IMG/VR virus record: IMGVR_UViG_3300036823_000120 | Span: 1-64,000 of that record | DNA length: 64,000 nt | Reading direction: 5' to 3' (one strand) | Origin: a virus | Shown: positions 1 to 8,829 of the stretch, piece by piece | Position numbering within the stretch: position 1 is the first letter of the stretch | Layout of the letters: each line of letters starts with the position of its first letter | The notes under the pieces: generated by a model | Told to the model about the DNA's origin: nothing | What the model saw: only the letters and a program-made list of their open reading frames with translations | Database searches by the model: none | Translations under genes and position numbers: made by a program

Positions 1-84
1 GGTATCAGAATATTAGAGCATAGTTATTGTTAGACTAACAGATATGATTGTATAACTATTTGATTAGGTAGATGTAAAACTAAC

Positions 85-133
85 ATAGATCATAGTAGCA
101 TACATCATATAGATGTATGCTACTATGATCTAT
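85..133. repeat. Perfect 22-bp inverted repeat with 5-nt loop in AT-rich low-complexity DNA
   Basis: 85-106 ATAGATCATAGTAGCATACATC is the exact reverse complement of 112-133; loop ATATA. Confidence 0.95.
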
Positions 134-252
134 ATGATGTATGATACTATGATGTGTATAGATATGATGTATAATATTATGTGTTATAACAGTGCAACAT
201 GGCACATACTATCACTTGTCACTATAATCTATATATGTATGACTAACACTGA

Positions 253-372
253 TCACCTCTTAAGCGTAGTTGCCACCTTGCCAACGGTATGCAGCATTGG
301 TGCTGCAATCATGCTGATGATCGTTACAGCAAGGGCAACAGAGAACAGGACAGACAGAGTAGACTTGAACAT
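253..372 (-). CDS. 39-aa hydrophobic peptide (MFKSTLSVLFSVALAVTIISMIAAPMLHTVGKVATTLKR)
   Basis: Below the ORF-track cutoff; AAGGTG RBS, same A/C-rich leader style as neighbouring cassettes, own promoter. Confidence 0.6.
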   Translation of the reverse strand: MFKSTLSVLFSVALAVTIISMIAAPMLHTVGKVATTLKR

Positions 373-405
373 GATTCACCTTGTGTTTGTGTTTCCTACT
401 ACACA

Positions 406-462
406 AACATAGCATACTATCGAGGAGATGCAAGGAAAAAGAATTTATTTCTTTTTCCTTGC
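406..462 (-). promoter_or_regulatory. sigma70-like promoter TTGCAT-16-TATGTT with hairpin (430-462) over the -35
   Basis: Motif spacing; GCAAGGAAAAAGAA/TTCTTTTTCCTTGC inverted repeat. Confidence 0.55.
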
Positions 463-474
463 TCGGCATGATAG

Positions 475-843
475 TTAGAAGGACCAGAGTACCAAGGTGC
501 GTGTATCAGTGTCGTCCATGACGTGTGCAGTTGGTGCAACGTTAGCACAGTACGATGCACGAGCCTCGTGCGTGCCCATAATATCATGAGTCACGATATC
601 CTTGTCGCCGTTGCTGTTCACAGGTCGCTTATAACTCTCCCATACATGGGTGACAAGAACGTACAGGACACCGCGTGATTGCCACTGTGCGACACGATCA
701 AACTCAGATCGCACCCACTCACCGTCACTGTCTCGGTAGACGTAGTACGTTCCAGTGTTATGCTTGATCATCGGGTTGATCTTAACAGCGGGTGTCTTCG
801 TGATAGCAATTGCGATATCATCAGCAGTCATCGAGCGAGGCAT
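475..843 (-). CDS. Hypothetical early protein
   Basis: AGGAG RBS 6 nt before ATG at 843; promoter at 879-906. Confidence 0.7.
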   Translation of the reverse strand: MPRSMTADDIAIAITKTPAVKINPMIKHNTGTYYVYRDSDGEWVRSEFDRVAQWQSRGVLYVLVTHVWESYKRPVNSNGDKDIVTHDIMGTHEARASYCANVAPTAHVMDDTDTRTLVLWSF

Positions 844-878
844 GTGCATCTCCTGTTTGGTGTTTCTTAACTGTTCTA

Positions 879-906
879 ATCTTAGGACAGGATCGGGTTT
901 TGTCAA
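879..906 (-). promoter_or_regulatory. Early promoter TTGACA-16-TAAGAT
   Basis: Consensus hexamers; CCGATC in spacer; inverted repeat GGATCGGGTT/AACCCGATCC over the -35. Confidence 0.8.
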
Positions 907-926
907 CCCGATCCCAAAGTTTTGTT

Positions 927-1082
927 TTAAGCTCGGCGGATGCTTTTCATCGTCCAGAGCGGATGAGTTGCCACCATCTTCGCCTGAACGTCTCGGATGG
1001 CGAATTCTTCGTTCGGAGCATGAACGCCAAACGTGTCACGGAACCCAGACGGCGAGACAATTGTCACGATGTAGTAGTTCAC
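927..1082 (-). CDS. Hypothetical early protein
   Basis: AGGAG RBS before GTG at 1082; own promoter. Confidence 0.65.
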   Translation of the reverse strand: MNYYIVTIVSPSGFRDTFGVHAPNEEFAIRDVQAKMVATHPLWTMKSIRRA

Positions 1083-1118
1083 TTCTTCGTTCTCCTTGTT
1101 TGTTTCCTTCACTGACTA

Positions 1119-1147
1119 ACTCTAGAACAAGATCGGGAGGGAGTCAA
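1119..1147 (-). promoter_or_regulatory. Early promoter TTGACT-17-TAGAGT
   Basis: Near-consensus hexamers, CCGATC in spacer, hairpin over the -35. Confidence 0.75.
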
Positions 1148-1188
1148 GTAATTCCCTCCGGTTCTTATTGACTGAGTTCCGAAGTTTT

Positions 1189-1443
1189 CTAGCTCAGAAC
1201 AAGAAAGATTTCACAGAACTCGCCGAGAGGCCGGGCCTCCGCATGCGTTGCTTCATCCAACCCGTACCATTCCTTGTGAGCGGAGACATAATCCCACACA
1301 AGTTCATCGGCAACCTTATCGTCGTGCCTGTAGGTGATGATGGCAACACCGTGGAACTCATGATAAGTGATAGTGTCGCATGCCTTCACTTCCGCGAAAA
1401 GCTGGTTGAAGCGATCTTCGATAGCCTTGAACGTCGTACACAT
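1189..1443 (-). CDS. Hypothetical early protein
   Basis: GGGAG RBS; leader nearly identical to that of 475-843. Confidence 0.7.
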   Translation of the reverse strand: MCTTFKAIEDRFNQLFAEVKACDTITYHEFHGVAIITYRHDDKVADELVWDYVSAHKEWYGLDEATHAEARPLGEFCEIFLVLS

Positions 1444-1479
1444 CTGTCATCTCCCGTTTGGTGTTTCTTAACTGTTCTA

Positions 1480-1508
1480 AGTCTAGCTCAAGATCGGACT
1501 GTTGTCAA
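1480..1508 (-). promoter_or_regulatory. Early promoter TTGACA-17-TAGACT
   Basis: Consensus hexamers, CCGATC in spacer. Confidence 0.8.
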
Positions 1509-1526
1509 CCCGATCCCGAAGATTTT

Positions 1527-1784
1527 TTACTTGATGCTAAGGCTGAATTCTGGGCCTTCCGTATCACCGTCGTTGAGAATGAACTGCACTTGAAACATAC
1601 AAGTGTCAAGTAAAGCCAGACAGAACTTCTGTCCAACCTTAAAGTTGCCAACATCGCACAACAACGTAACATTAGTGTATCGCGTGATGGTAGAGTCAAC
1701 TGCCTCGATACTCGTGAATGAGAACCAGCCATTGTTCAAAGTCTCGACGTTACACTCGGCAGCATTCAACGTGTACTTGCTCAC
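1527..1784 (-). CDS. Hypothetical early protein
   Basis: GGAG RBS before GTG; own promoter. Confidence 0.7.
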   Translation of the reverse strand: MSKYTLNAAECNVETLNNGWFSFTSIEAVDSTITRYTNVTLLCDVGNFKVGQKFCLALLDTCMFQVQFILNDGDTEGPEFSLSIK

Positions 1785-1822
1785 TATCTTCTCCTATTCG
1801 CGTCGTGTTCTTCACTGCACTA

Positions 1823-1851
1823 ACCTTAGCTCGTGATCGGGTTCTTGTCAA
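1823..1851 (-). promoter_or_regulatory. Early promoter TTGACA-17-TAAGGT
   Basis: Consensus hexamers, CCGATC in spacer. Confidence 0.8.
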
Positions 1852-2522
1852 GGTAACCGGGCGGTTTTTCTGGAAAAGCTTTTCGGTAGCTGTTTCATGC
1901 GGAGCATGAAACAGCTTTTAAGGCCGCTAGGCGTTCGCTGGTCGCGTTTTCGGCTTTTGCGTGTACGGCCCCGATCACATTAAAGAGGATAAGCCAACCA
2001 ACGAAGGGCTAGGACGGTCAGACGGGTTTTCACCGCCCGATCACCTAGCTTTTCTACGACCTGCCGTTCTCGCCTTACTTCCCGTTTCCCGCAAGGCGAG
2101 AACGGCAACCACTGTCTAGATTCCCGACACTTTCGAGCGGGCGGCTGACTTTCTGTCAGCCTTCAACCCGCCCCTGCCAGTTTGGCAGCCCACCACACCC
2201 ACCTGCCAAACTGGCAGCCCAACATGCGACACGGGGAGCGGAAACCGTCCGGCCGGCGGTTCCCGCTGCAACCCTTCCTTGTCTGAAAGAAACGTAGCAC
2301 AAACTCCGACGGATGCAACAAACTTTCTGCGGATTCCTGCCCACGATCGCGGGGTCATAGGATAGCAGCGGTTAAGATTCTGTCTGGCCCCAGTGGGGTG
2401 TCAAAGACTCGCTTAACCTCCACAAACATTGCACACGATGCGGCCATGTGCAACTAGAATCTAAAAGAAAACTTGCTTTTGCTCCCGCGTGAAATTTAGT
2501 TGCGATGTCAGCAACCGCTGCC

Positions 2523-2762
2523 GACACCATGATCCTAGCTCCAGTTGTGAGGGAACGCAACTCGGATCGGCCAGATTTTCCAGAATCGATTTTAGCGGCC
2601 CTAGCGTGCGTCTGGCGAGCCGATCGGCTCGCGGATGGATTCTGACTCGCCCGAACCACGTTCGGCTCGCACACGCGATGCTAGGGCGTTAGAATCGAAT
2701 TTAGAGAAAACTCGCCAATTCGAGTTGCGTTTCCTCGCAACTGGAGCTAGGATCATGGTGTC
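2523..2762. repeat. 42-bp inverted repeats (2523-2564 / 2721-2762) flanking a GC-rich core
   Basis: 40/42 complementary; both mismatches would be G-U pairs in a plus-strand RNA. Confidence 0.95.
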
Positions 2763-2865
2763 AGTGAGACGCAACCCACTGACTCGCCGCAAGGCGAAAC
2801 TTTCACGCCAAAGCATAATTTAGAAAGGGCATGAAAACTAAGGCCAGAAAAAGTTTCTCGATTAC

Positions 2866-2893
2866 TTGACACGGGCCAGATCGGTAGTAGAAT
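2866..2893 (+). promoter_or_regulatory. Promoter TTGACA-16-TAGAAT
   Basis: Near-consensus hexamers. Confidence 0.75.
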
Positions 2894-2974
2894 ACATAGG
2901 TAATGAACCAAAAATAATTCTGGTTCATGTCCTATGGGCCAGTCAAGGGAATCTGGAAAACTTTCCGGGATTAG

Positions 2975-3003
2975 TTGACAGGCCATCGAAAGTGTGCTAA
3001 GGT
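2975..3003 (+). promoter_or_regulatory. Promoter TTGACA-17-TAAGGT with extended -10 TG
   Basis: Near-consensus hexamers. Confidence 0.8.
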
Positions 3004-3052
3004 TAAATAGTGAAGGTAATGCAAACAGAACTCGCCTAGCGGGTACTCTGTC

Positions 3053-3067
3053 TGATCTTTGAAAACT
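3053..3067 (+). promoter_or_regulatory. rrn boxA-like motif TGATCTTTGAAAACT
   Basis: Resembles rRNA-operon antitermination boxA; about 50 nt downstream of a -10. Confidence 0.6.
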
Positions 3068-3195
3068 TACTTTACTGTCGGACCAACGGTTCGGAATTAT
3101 GCACATGGTCTGTCGATCATGTGATAAGCAACCGGATTCTTGGAACGTGCGGCCAACGTCTTACAAACGTAACCGGACAAAACTAGAATTCGCTG

Positions 3196-3223
3196 TTGAC
3201 AAGTTCCAAGCACGAGCTACAGT
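3196..3223 (+). promoter_or_regulatory. Promoter TTGACA-16-TACAGT
   Basis: Near-consensus hexamers. Confidence 0.7.
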
Positions 3224-3246
3224 AAAGTAGGCAAAGAACGGGAAAC

Positions 3247-3261
3247 TGATCTTTGACAATT
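3247..3261 (+). promoter_or_regulatory. rrn boxA-like motif TGATCTTTGACAATT
   Basis: Second copy, about 25 nt downstream of a -10. Confidence 0.6.
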
Positions 3262-3567
3262 TGGTAACGCTATGTGATGGATACCATCATTGTCGTGAGA
3301 CAAAGATGAATTCCTGCATAGGTCAGTGAGACAAACATCCCACACTAGAGTCTCTCTTTAGTGGCCGGACGTTCCAAGTACCCCGAAAAAGGGTAGGCTA
3401 GGTCTAAAATAGGGTATAAGCCTAAACAGCCCAAAACCGTCACTTTTAAACCGAAAAGTGCTTTTTAAAAGCACTTTTTAAAAAGCCTAAAATTTTCAAA
3501 CGCTCGAAAATGGCTGTTTTTGACCTAAAATCGGTAAAATGGTCATGTTTAAGGGCCAAAATAGCCC

Positions 3568-3710
3568 ATAAGCAAACTAAAAGGCCGATAAATGGTCGAA
3601 TCAAGGGCCATAAGCAAATTAGAAGGCAAGCTGGTAAATGGCCTAATTCAAGGGCCATAAGCAAGTTAGAAGTCTGATAAGCAAATCCCAACTTCGGTGA
3701 TAAGCTTATC
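3568..3710. repeat. Five ATAAGC motifs, including a 25-bp direct repeat and palindrome GATAAGCTTATC, upstream of ParB-like gene
   Basis: ATAAGC at 3568, 3610, 3657, 3677, 3700; TCAAGGGCCATAAGCAARTTAGAAG at 3601 and 3648. Confidence 0.9.
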
Positions 3711-3736
3711 TCACAACCAACACAAGGAACGCTCCA

Positions 3737-5047
3737 ATGGCCGCTAAGAAGAACATCAACGTAAGCGTCCCGACAGAAGCTCTTTTGAGCGTCAACCAAC
3801 TTACGGTTGACCCGTCGCTCAATGTGCGTATGCGGAAGGGATCGGAAGTCTATGGTGTGAAAATCCAAAACGATGGTTACGATCTCGATACAATGATCGC
3901 ACAAGTGTTAGAACGTGGCAAGATTCTGGAAGCCATTCACGTTTCTCTCCGAAAGGATGGAACGTATGTGGTTCTCCGGGGCAACCGTCGAACTTTGGCC
4001 GGGCAATCGCTTCTCTCGAATCCAGATTTAGCCGATGATATCCGCAAGGAACTGAACGCTACTCGCGTTCTGGTCTTCAAGGAACTCACGGCTGAAGAAG
4101 AACGCGAAAAGATCATGGATCAAAATTCCAAGAGCTTTTCACGAAGCGAAATGATTCGCTACGCTTGGTCGCTTCGCCAGCAAGGGCAAAGCTTCGAGCG
4201 TATCGCCGTGGATAACTTCGAGATGTGGGGGCAATTTGGGCGAAATGCCCGAACGCTCGCAAAACTCGCGGATATCCGTGCGATTCCGGCCGGAGACATC
4301 GACACGCGACGCAAAGCCATCAAGACTTGGCTTCGCGGAACAGTTGACGAGTACGTGATTCCGGCTTTTGATCTTGGGCCAGTCGTTCAGAAGGCATGCA
4401 TGCTGTCCGAAATGGAATTGGACGGTCTTCTGAAAGGTACGGATGATAAGCCGTACTTCTACACGACCCGTGATCCGCAATCACGTCTGAAAAAGCTGGG
4501 ACAAGCACGAGAGAAGGATGGTTCCAAGTGGACTCATCAGTTGGGCGGCGAGAACTTCAATGCCCAAATCGAGGAATATCACAAGACTGATTTTCCGACC
4601 GCAGGTGCGGCTACTCCGGCTGTTGAAACGCCTAAGAAGCGTCCCAGCGTAGCAGAACTCAAAGTTCACATGGGTACTGCCCAATCGTCTCCGGCACGAA
4701 TGGCCTACAGTATTGCAATCGGTAGTACGGAACCTGAGTTCATCAGTCGGGATCAATCTGTCTCTCTCCTCGAAGCAAAGGAAACGCTTTTCCTTCAATT
4801 CGCTGAGACGCTCAAGCCTGATGCGAGCGTGAATCTGAGAGATATTCTGACTCAGATTTTCTTGAGGGACAACATCCTCGACTTCAAGCAAATGCTTGAA
4901 AAGCATTCAAATGCCGCTCCAATTGAGACGGCGCCAAACAACGAAGCCCCGAAAGGGGCTGATTCAGAAGTGGAAACCGATTCGGATACCACGGAAACGG
5001 GAATTCCCGAAGAGGAAAATGGTACGTTTCCGCTAGTCAGTAAGTGA
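3737..5047 (+). CDS. ParB/Srx N-terminal-domain protein, 436 aa, acidic C-tail
   Basis: DPSLNVR...EAIHVSLRKDGTYVVLRGNRRTLA (GxRR motif). Confidence 0.8.
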   Translation: MAAKKNINVSVPTEALLSVNQLTVDPSLNVRMRKGSEVYGVKIQNDGYDLDTMIAQVLERGKILEAIHVSLRKDGTYVVLRGNRRTLAGQSLLSNPDLADDIRKELNATRVLVFKELTAEEEREKIMDQNSKSFSRSEMIRYAWSLRQQGQSFERIAVDNFEMWGQFGRNARTLAKLADIRAIPAGDIDTRRKAIKTWLRGTVDEYVIPAFDLGPVVQKACMLSEMELDGLLKGTDDKPYFYTTRDPQSRLKKLGQAREKDGSKWTHQLGGENFNAQIEEYHKTDFPTAGAATPAVETPKKRPSVAELKVHMGTAQSSPARMAYSIAIGSTEPEFISRDQSVSLLEAKETLFLQFAETLKPDASVNLRDILTQIFLRDNILDFKQMLEKHSNAAPIETAPNNEAPKGADSEVETDSDTTETGIPEEENGTFPLVSK

Positions 5048-5154
5048 TAATTAGGAATCGTTGCGGCCACTAAAAAGATACTCTAGTGGTAATGGTGATG
5101 TGTCTACAATTCAAATGCTCCTTACTCTATCCCGTACCAAACAAGGGAGAAAGT

Positions 5155-5355
5155 ATGACTCAAAAACTTAAGTTTCAACTCATCAATGATGCTCGCACAA
5201 ACGACATCAAATTGATTGTTGAAGTTCACACAATCGAAGATGATCCCAATTGTTTGGATGTGACTATCACATCTGATCGTGGTTCAATCGTCGATGCGTG
5301 TCGCGTGCTACACTCTGAGCTTTTCACTTGGATTGAAGCCAGGAAGGACTGGTAA
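5155..5355 (+). CDS. Hypothetical protein
   Basis: AGGGAG RBS before ATG at 5155. Confidence 0.65.
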   Translation: MTQKLKFQLINDARTNDIKLIVEVHTIEDDPNCLDVTITSDRGSIVDACRVLHSELFTWIEARKDW

Positions 5356-5358
5356 ATA

Positions 5359-5667
5359 ATGAGTGAGAATCGAATCTTGTCTCTTGTGTATGACATCTTC
5401 GCTAGTATCGAGGATGAAGCACAATTGACAATCTTCTACAATCACGTTGCTGAGTTCAAGGGAAAGCTTGACAACATGAACGTGTTAGAATGCGGCTTCC
5501 GTCAAGATGAAATCGCATTGGTCTCTCTGGTAATTTTATCAGGTATCATTATACCTGATGGCAAAATCAAAATGATTAAAGCCCGTAGAGAACGGACAGG
5601 CGAATCATTGACCGCAGTTGTGCCGGAAGCTAGGAAGCTTTTCGCACAACGCAATTGGCAATGGTAG
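5359..5667 (+). CDS. Protein with C-terminal ribosomal L7/L12 CTD-like segment
   Basis: KIKMIKARRERTGESL resembles KIxxIKxxRExTGxGL. Confidence 0.5.
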   Translation: MSENRILSLVYDIFASIEDEAQLTIFYNHVAEFKGKLDNMNVLECGFRQDEIALVSLVILSGIIIPDGKIKMIKARRERTGESLTAVVPEARKLFAQRNWQW

Positions 5668-5733
5668 TGGTCTCAAACCGGGATAGAGTAAGCAGCATTT
5701 GAATTGAGCAAGAAACAAACCCAATGGTGAAAC

Positions 5734-6326
5734 ATGAACAAGTTTCATGCCAAACTGTTTGACAGTAATGGAAAGCTACAAATTAGCTTTCAAACTAGTA
5801 ATCTGTCAAACATGCTCTCAATCATTCAAATGGAATTGAATGATTGGAAGAATCCGCTAAATGTCACACGCATCGATGTATATGAGTACAGTACATTCAT
5901 ATACAGAAAGAACATTGGAGTTACAAATGCACTATGAAATTTGGCGTGACACGAACTACAAAGCCATGACATGCGGCGAGTTCCATTCTGCCCTAAAATG
6001 GCTTATTACACATGCCAAAGACTATGATCCAAAAGTATTGACTTGGATAGACACTATGGCAGGATGCGTAATCACGCTTCAAGTGAAGACACCAAAAACT
6101 ACCACCTTCTACCGCATCATTAGATGCGAAGAAAGTGGGAACGTTACAAATGCAACGTGATATTGGAACAAATCTCATTTTCTGTGCAGTATATTGTATA
6201 GTCATATTTATGATATGGCTATTCAAATGTAGTACATTGAAATGGATCATGTTACTAGCGATAGCTCTTTGTAGCTATAAGCTCACTACAATGCTTTTAA
6301 AGAAACCCGCCATTTCTGGCGGGTAG
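5734..6326 (+). CDS. Three short hypothetical ORFs (5734-5937, 5927-6160, 6150-6326; last is hydrophobic)
   Basis: Overlapping start/stop chain ending at a terminator. Confidence 0.6.
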
Positions 6327-6330
6327 TTTC
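6305..6330 (+). terminator. Probable intrinsic terminator
   Basis: ACCCGCCA-TTTC-TGGCGGGT stem at operon end; weak U-tract. Confidence 0.55.
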
Positions 6331-6394
6331 ATTACAAATCAATATTTGTCTCAAAACCCGTGGCACATGTCGCGGGTATCTTTGCTTATGAAGT

Positions 6395-6550
6395 AATGCA
6401 AGTGACATGTACCGCGTAACAAGTGACACATAGTAAAAGCAAATAACAAGTGACACGTACCGTGTAACAAATGCAAGTGACACGCACCATGTAACAAATG
6501 CAAGTGACACGTACCATGTAACAAATAGTAAAAGCAAATAACAAGTGTCA
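6395..6550. repeat. Iteron-like array of CAAGTGAC-containing units (about 27 bp)
   Basis: AATGCAAGTGACACGTACCATGTAACA-type units interleaved with ATAGTAAAAGCAAATAACAAGTG. Confidence 0.9.
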
Positions 6551-6989
6551 AAAATCATGTCTCACAACAATTCAATATTAAAATGGTCTATGTAACAACT
6601 AATAGACAATGAAAATCATCTCTTGTTTCAAACACGTTTCAAGGGTAGTAAGCTTTGCAAAAGCTTTGCCTTAAATCGTCAAACCTATAACAAACACAAA
6701 AGTTGTACAACATTATTAACTATTACTAGACTCTATACTACTGTATGACGACTTACAACTTTATTTCTAGTTCATCATATAGTAGTAGTCTAATTGGCAA
6801 CATAAACAACACTTCTAATGGAAGTCAGAATTCCTAGAATCGTCCCAGTGAGCCGATCGCCCAAAAGTGGGTCAGTACACATCTAACCAGAGATTTGCCC
6901 GCCTGAGCGATGCCAGGCCCCTTAAACGGCTCATTAGCCCTTCGCTCGCCAAACGACCCGAACCCCTGGACGTGGCGTTCGCTCAAAAG

Positions 6990-7064
6990 AACAAATGTTG
7001 TACAACTTTTGAGTTGCTTTTGTCAAAATAACAAAAGCAACTCAAAAGTTGTACAACATTTGTT
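6990..7064. repeat. Perfect 34-bp inverted repeat with 7-nt loop
   Basis: 6990-7023 is the exact reverse complement of 7031-7064; an 18-bp part recurs at 6697-6714. Confidence 0.97.
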
Positions 7065-7065
7065 T

Positions 7066-7791
7066 TTACACGTCAATTGACGAAATGACTGCTATTGGAC
7101 CATACAATGAAATTAATTCATGTATAGTTCCATGATACTTAACACCACTTAGAAGACCAAACATGAACTTATGATTTTTACATTTTGCTTTAAATGTTAG
7201 GTCTCCACTGATTAATTCTACGCCTCGATTTAGTAAATTACCTAAATGCTCAAATGCTGCTTTCTTCTCAAAATGCTCATCTGTTGAGCCAAGTCCCCCG
7301 TCTCTAACAATCTCTGGCATGTCACAAATGGCCGAATCACCAACAATAATTTCTACTATAGGAATTAATTCTAATTTGAATTGAGCAATGGCAGTTCCAG
7401 CCGGTAATACGAAATGCCCACTCTTTCGCCACTCTTGGATAAATGCTTTTTGCTTATCGAGAAATGCATCTTGAGACAGTAAATATTCAATAAAATCGGG
7501 AGATGGTGCATTGAAAGTCATGATGATAAGCCACTCGTCCTTTGGCTTACAAAAATCGCTATCTATACAGCCGGCATGAACTTCAAGTCCAGCTAATGCA
7601 CGTCCCGATTTCTCACAAATACGTGCCCGCAAGTTGGGACTCATCTCAGCAGTGATTCCGGTCTTAACCGCTGTCATCACTCCCGGATAGAACACAGCAT
7701 CAGCAGAGCTAAAAATGTCATACCAACCCGCCTGCAACGTAGCTTTTGCAATGTGGCCAGTCTTCAGTTTGAAGAACAAATCCTGATTCAC
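7066..7791 (-). CDS. dut: Trimeric dUTPase with insertion and C-terminal extension
   Basis: AGWYDI, EKSGRA, AGCIDSDF, IAQF, RDGGLGST motifs. Confidence 0.85.
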   Translation of the reverse strand: MNQDLFFKLKTGHIAKATLQAGWYDIFSSADAVFYPGVMTAVKTGITAEMSPNLRARICEKSGRALAGLEVHAGCIDSDFCKPKDEWLIIMTFNAPSPDFIEYLLSQDAFLDKQKAFIQEWRKSGHFVLPAGTAIAQFKLELIPIVEIIVGDSAICDMPEIVRDGGLGSTDEHFEKKAAFEHLGNLLNRGVELISGDLTFKAKCKNHKFMFGLLSGVKYHGTIHELISLYGPIAVISSIDV

Positions 7792-8002
7792 TTCTTAATC
7801 TCCTTTTGAGCAACTTTGAGAGTCCGTCGAGCAAAATACTTGCCAGCTTCATCAAAAAAGAATTGAGTCTGACAACCGTTGATGCAAGCATTTGAATCCA
7901 TTACAAGTGGATTCCACAAATTCCATACGTTCCAGTTGATCTAAGTTCCAAGGTGCAAGTTTCTTCTGCCAGAACTCGGAAGAAAGGTTAGAATATGTTC
8001 CA

Positions 8003-8203
8003 TCAAACACCTTCAAAGAATGTACTAAGTGAGACGTCAAATACTAAAGCTGCTTTGCGTAATATTGAAAATGGAATCAATTTCTCTCCATTTTCATGCT
8101 TCATCATCCAATGATCATTGGATTCAAGCTTTCTACTAGCTTCCTTGAGGATCAATCCACACTTTGAGCAATTAACATCAATGAATGCACTCATTATGAG
8201 CAC
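8003..8203 (-). CDS. XRE-like HTH protein
   Basis: KHENGEKLIPFSILRKAALVFDVSLSTFF. Confidence 0.5.
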   Translation of the reverse strand: MLIMSAFIDVNCSKCGLILKEASRKLESNDHWMMKHENGEKLIPFSILRKAALVFDVSLSTFFEGV

Positions 8204-8514
8204 CTTGCATTAGTGGATAGGTATTTAAAGCAAGCAGTCTAAAGCTTTGTTAATGGTCTCCACATCCGCTAAGCTTTACAACTAATATAGCATTATTCGA
8301 ACTTGTTAATGCTAAATTAAGACCTGCAAAGCTGTCCAGAAGGTTGCAATCAAACAATGTTCCATTCATGGAGTCTTCAAATAGCCCACTGGCTAACGTT
8401 TCAAGCCAATCTAGTACGAATTGCCTACCTTTAAGAGCATTATTTTCTTTGTAAAGCTTATCACGAACCATGCGAACAGTATCTAAAGTTAGACTTTCAG
8501 TTCCGATCGGATCA

Positions 8515-8829
8515 TTAGGTCTCCTTTTTAGCTGAAAGATATTGAATAACTTCAATTGCAAAATCATTAGGAGACTCAACTAATGCTTTTGATATAAATT
8601 CTTGCTGTTCATTTTGATTCAATTTAGCTAATAGGTAGCCAATTGATACGCTTATACGCTCATTTTTCAGCAAAATAGTACAAGCATTATTCAACTTGTA
8701 AAGTTGAAGATAAAATATAACATATTCTACGGTTTGTTGGTACGCTTTTACTACTTCAGACAACGTGAGTCTACTGTTTTGGTTCACAAAATCAGCTAAT
8801 TCACGGCTATTTTTAGTATTTGCTTGCAC
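8515..8829 (-). CDS. Stand-alone paralog of the ParB central HTH region
   Basis: LQLYKLN..ISVSIGYLLAKL..EQQE..SPNDF aligns with LQLVKLN..IGLANAYALAKL..KQDE..SPNEF of 54739-55830. Confidence 0.7.
   Translation of the reverse strand: MQANTKNSRELADFVNQNSRLTLSEVVKAYQQTVEYVIFYLQLYKLNNACTILLKNERISVSIGYLLAKLNQNEQQEFISKALVESPNDFAIEVIQYLSAKKET

Larger units (their letters stand above)
5107..5706. repeat. 28-bp inverted repeats (5107-5134 / 5679-5706) bracketing two genes
   Basis: 27/28 complementary. Confidence 0.95.

Noticed and set aside
113-412. 99-aa plus-strand ORF
   Set aside because: Runs through low-complexity ATG-rich DNA and is antisense to a better-supported cassette gene
2116-3106. ORFs in the GC-rich region
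   Set aside because: No RBS or recognisable domains; mirrored peptides arise from the inverted repeats
6395-6550. CRISPR mini-array or coding repeat (ORFs 6286-6558, 6351-6551)
   Set aside because: Inter-repeat sequences are themselves repeated; the ORFs are just translations of the repeat with no RBS
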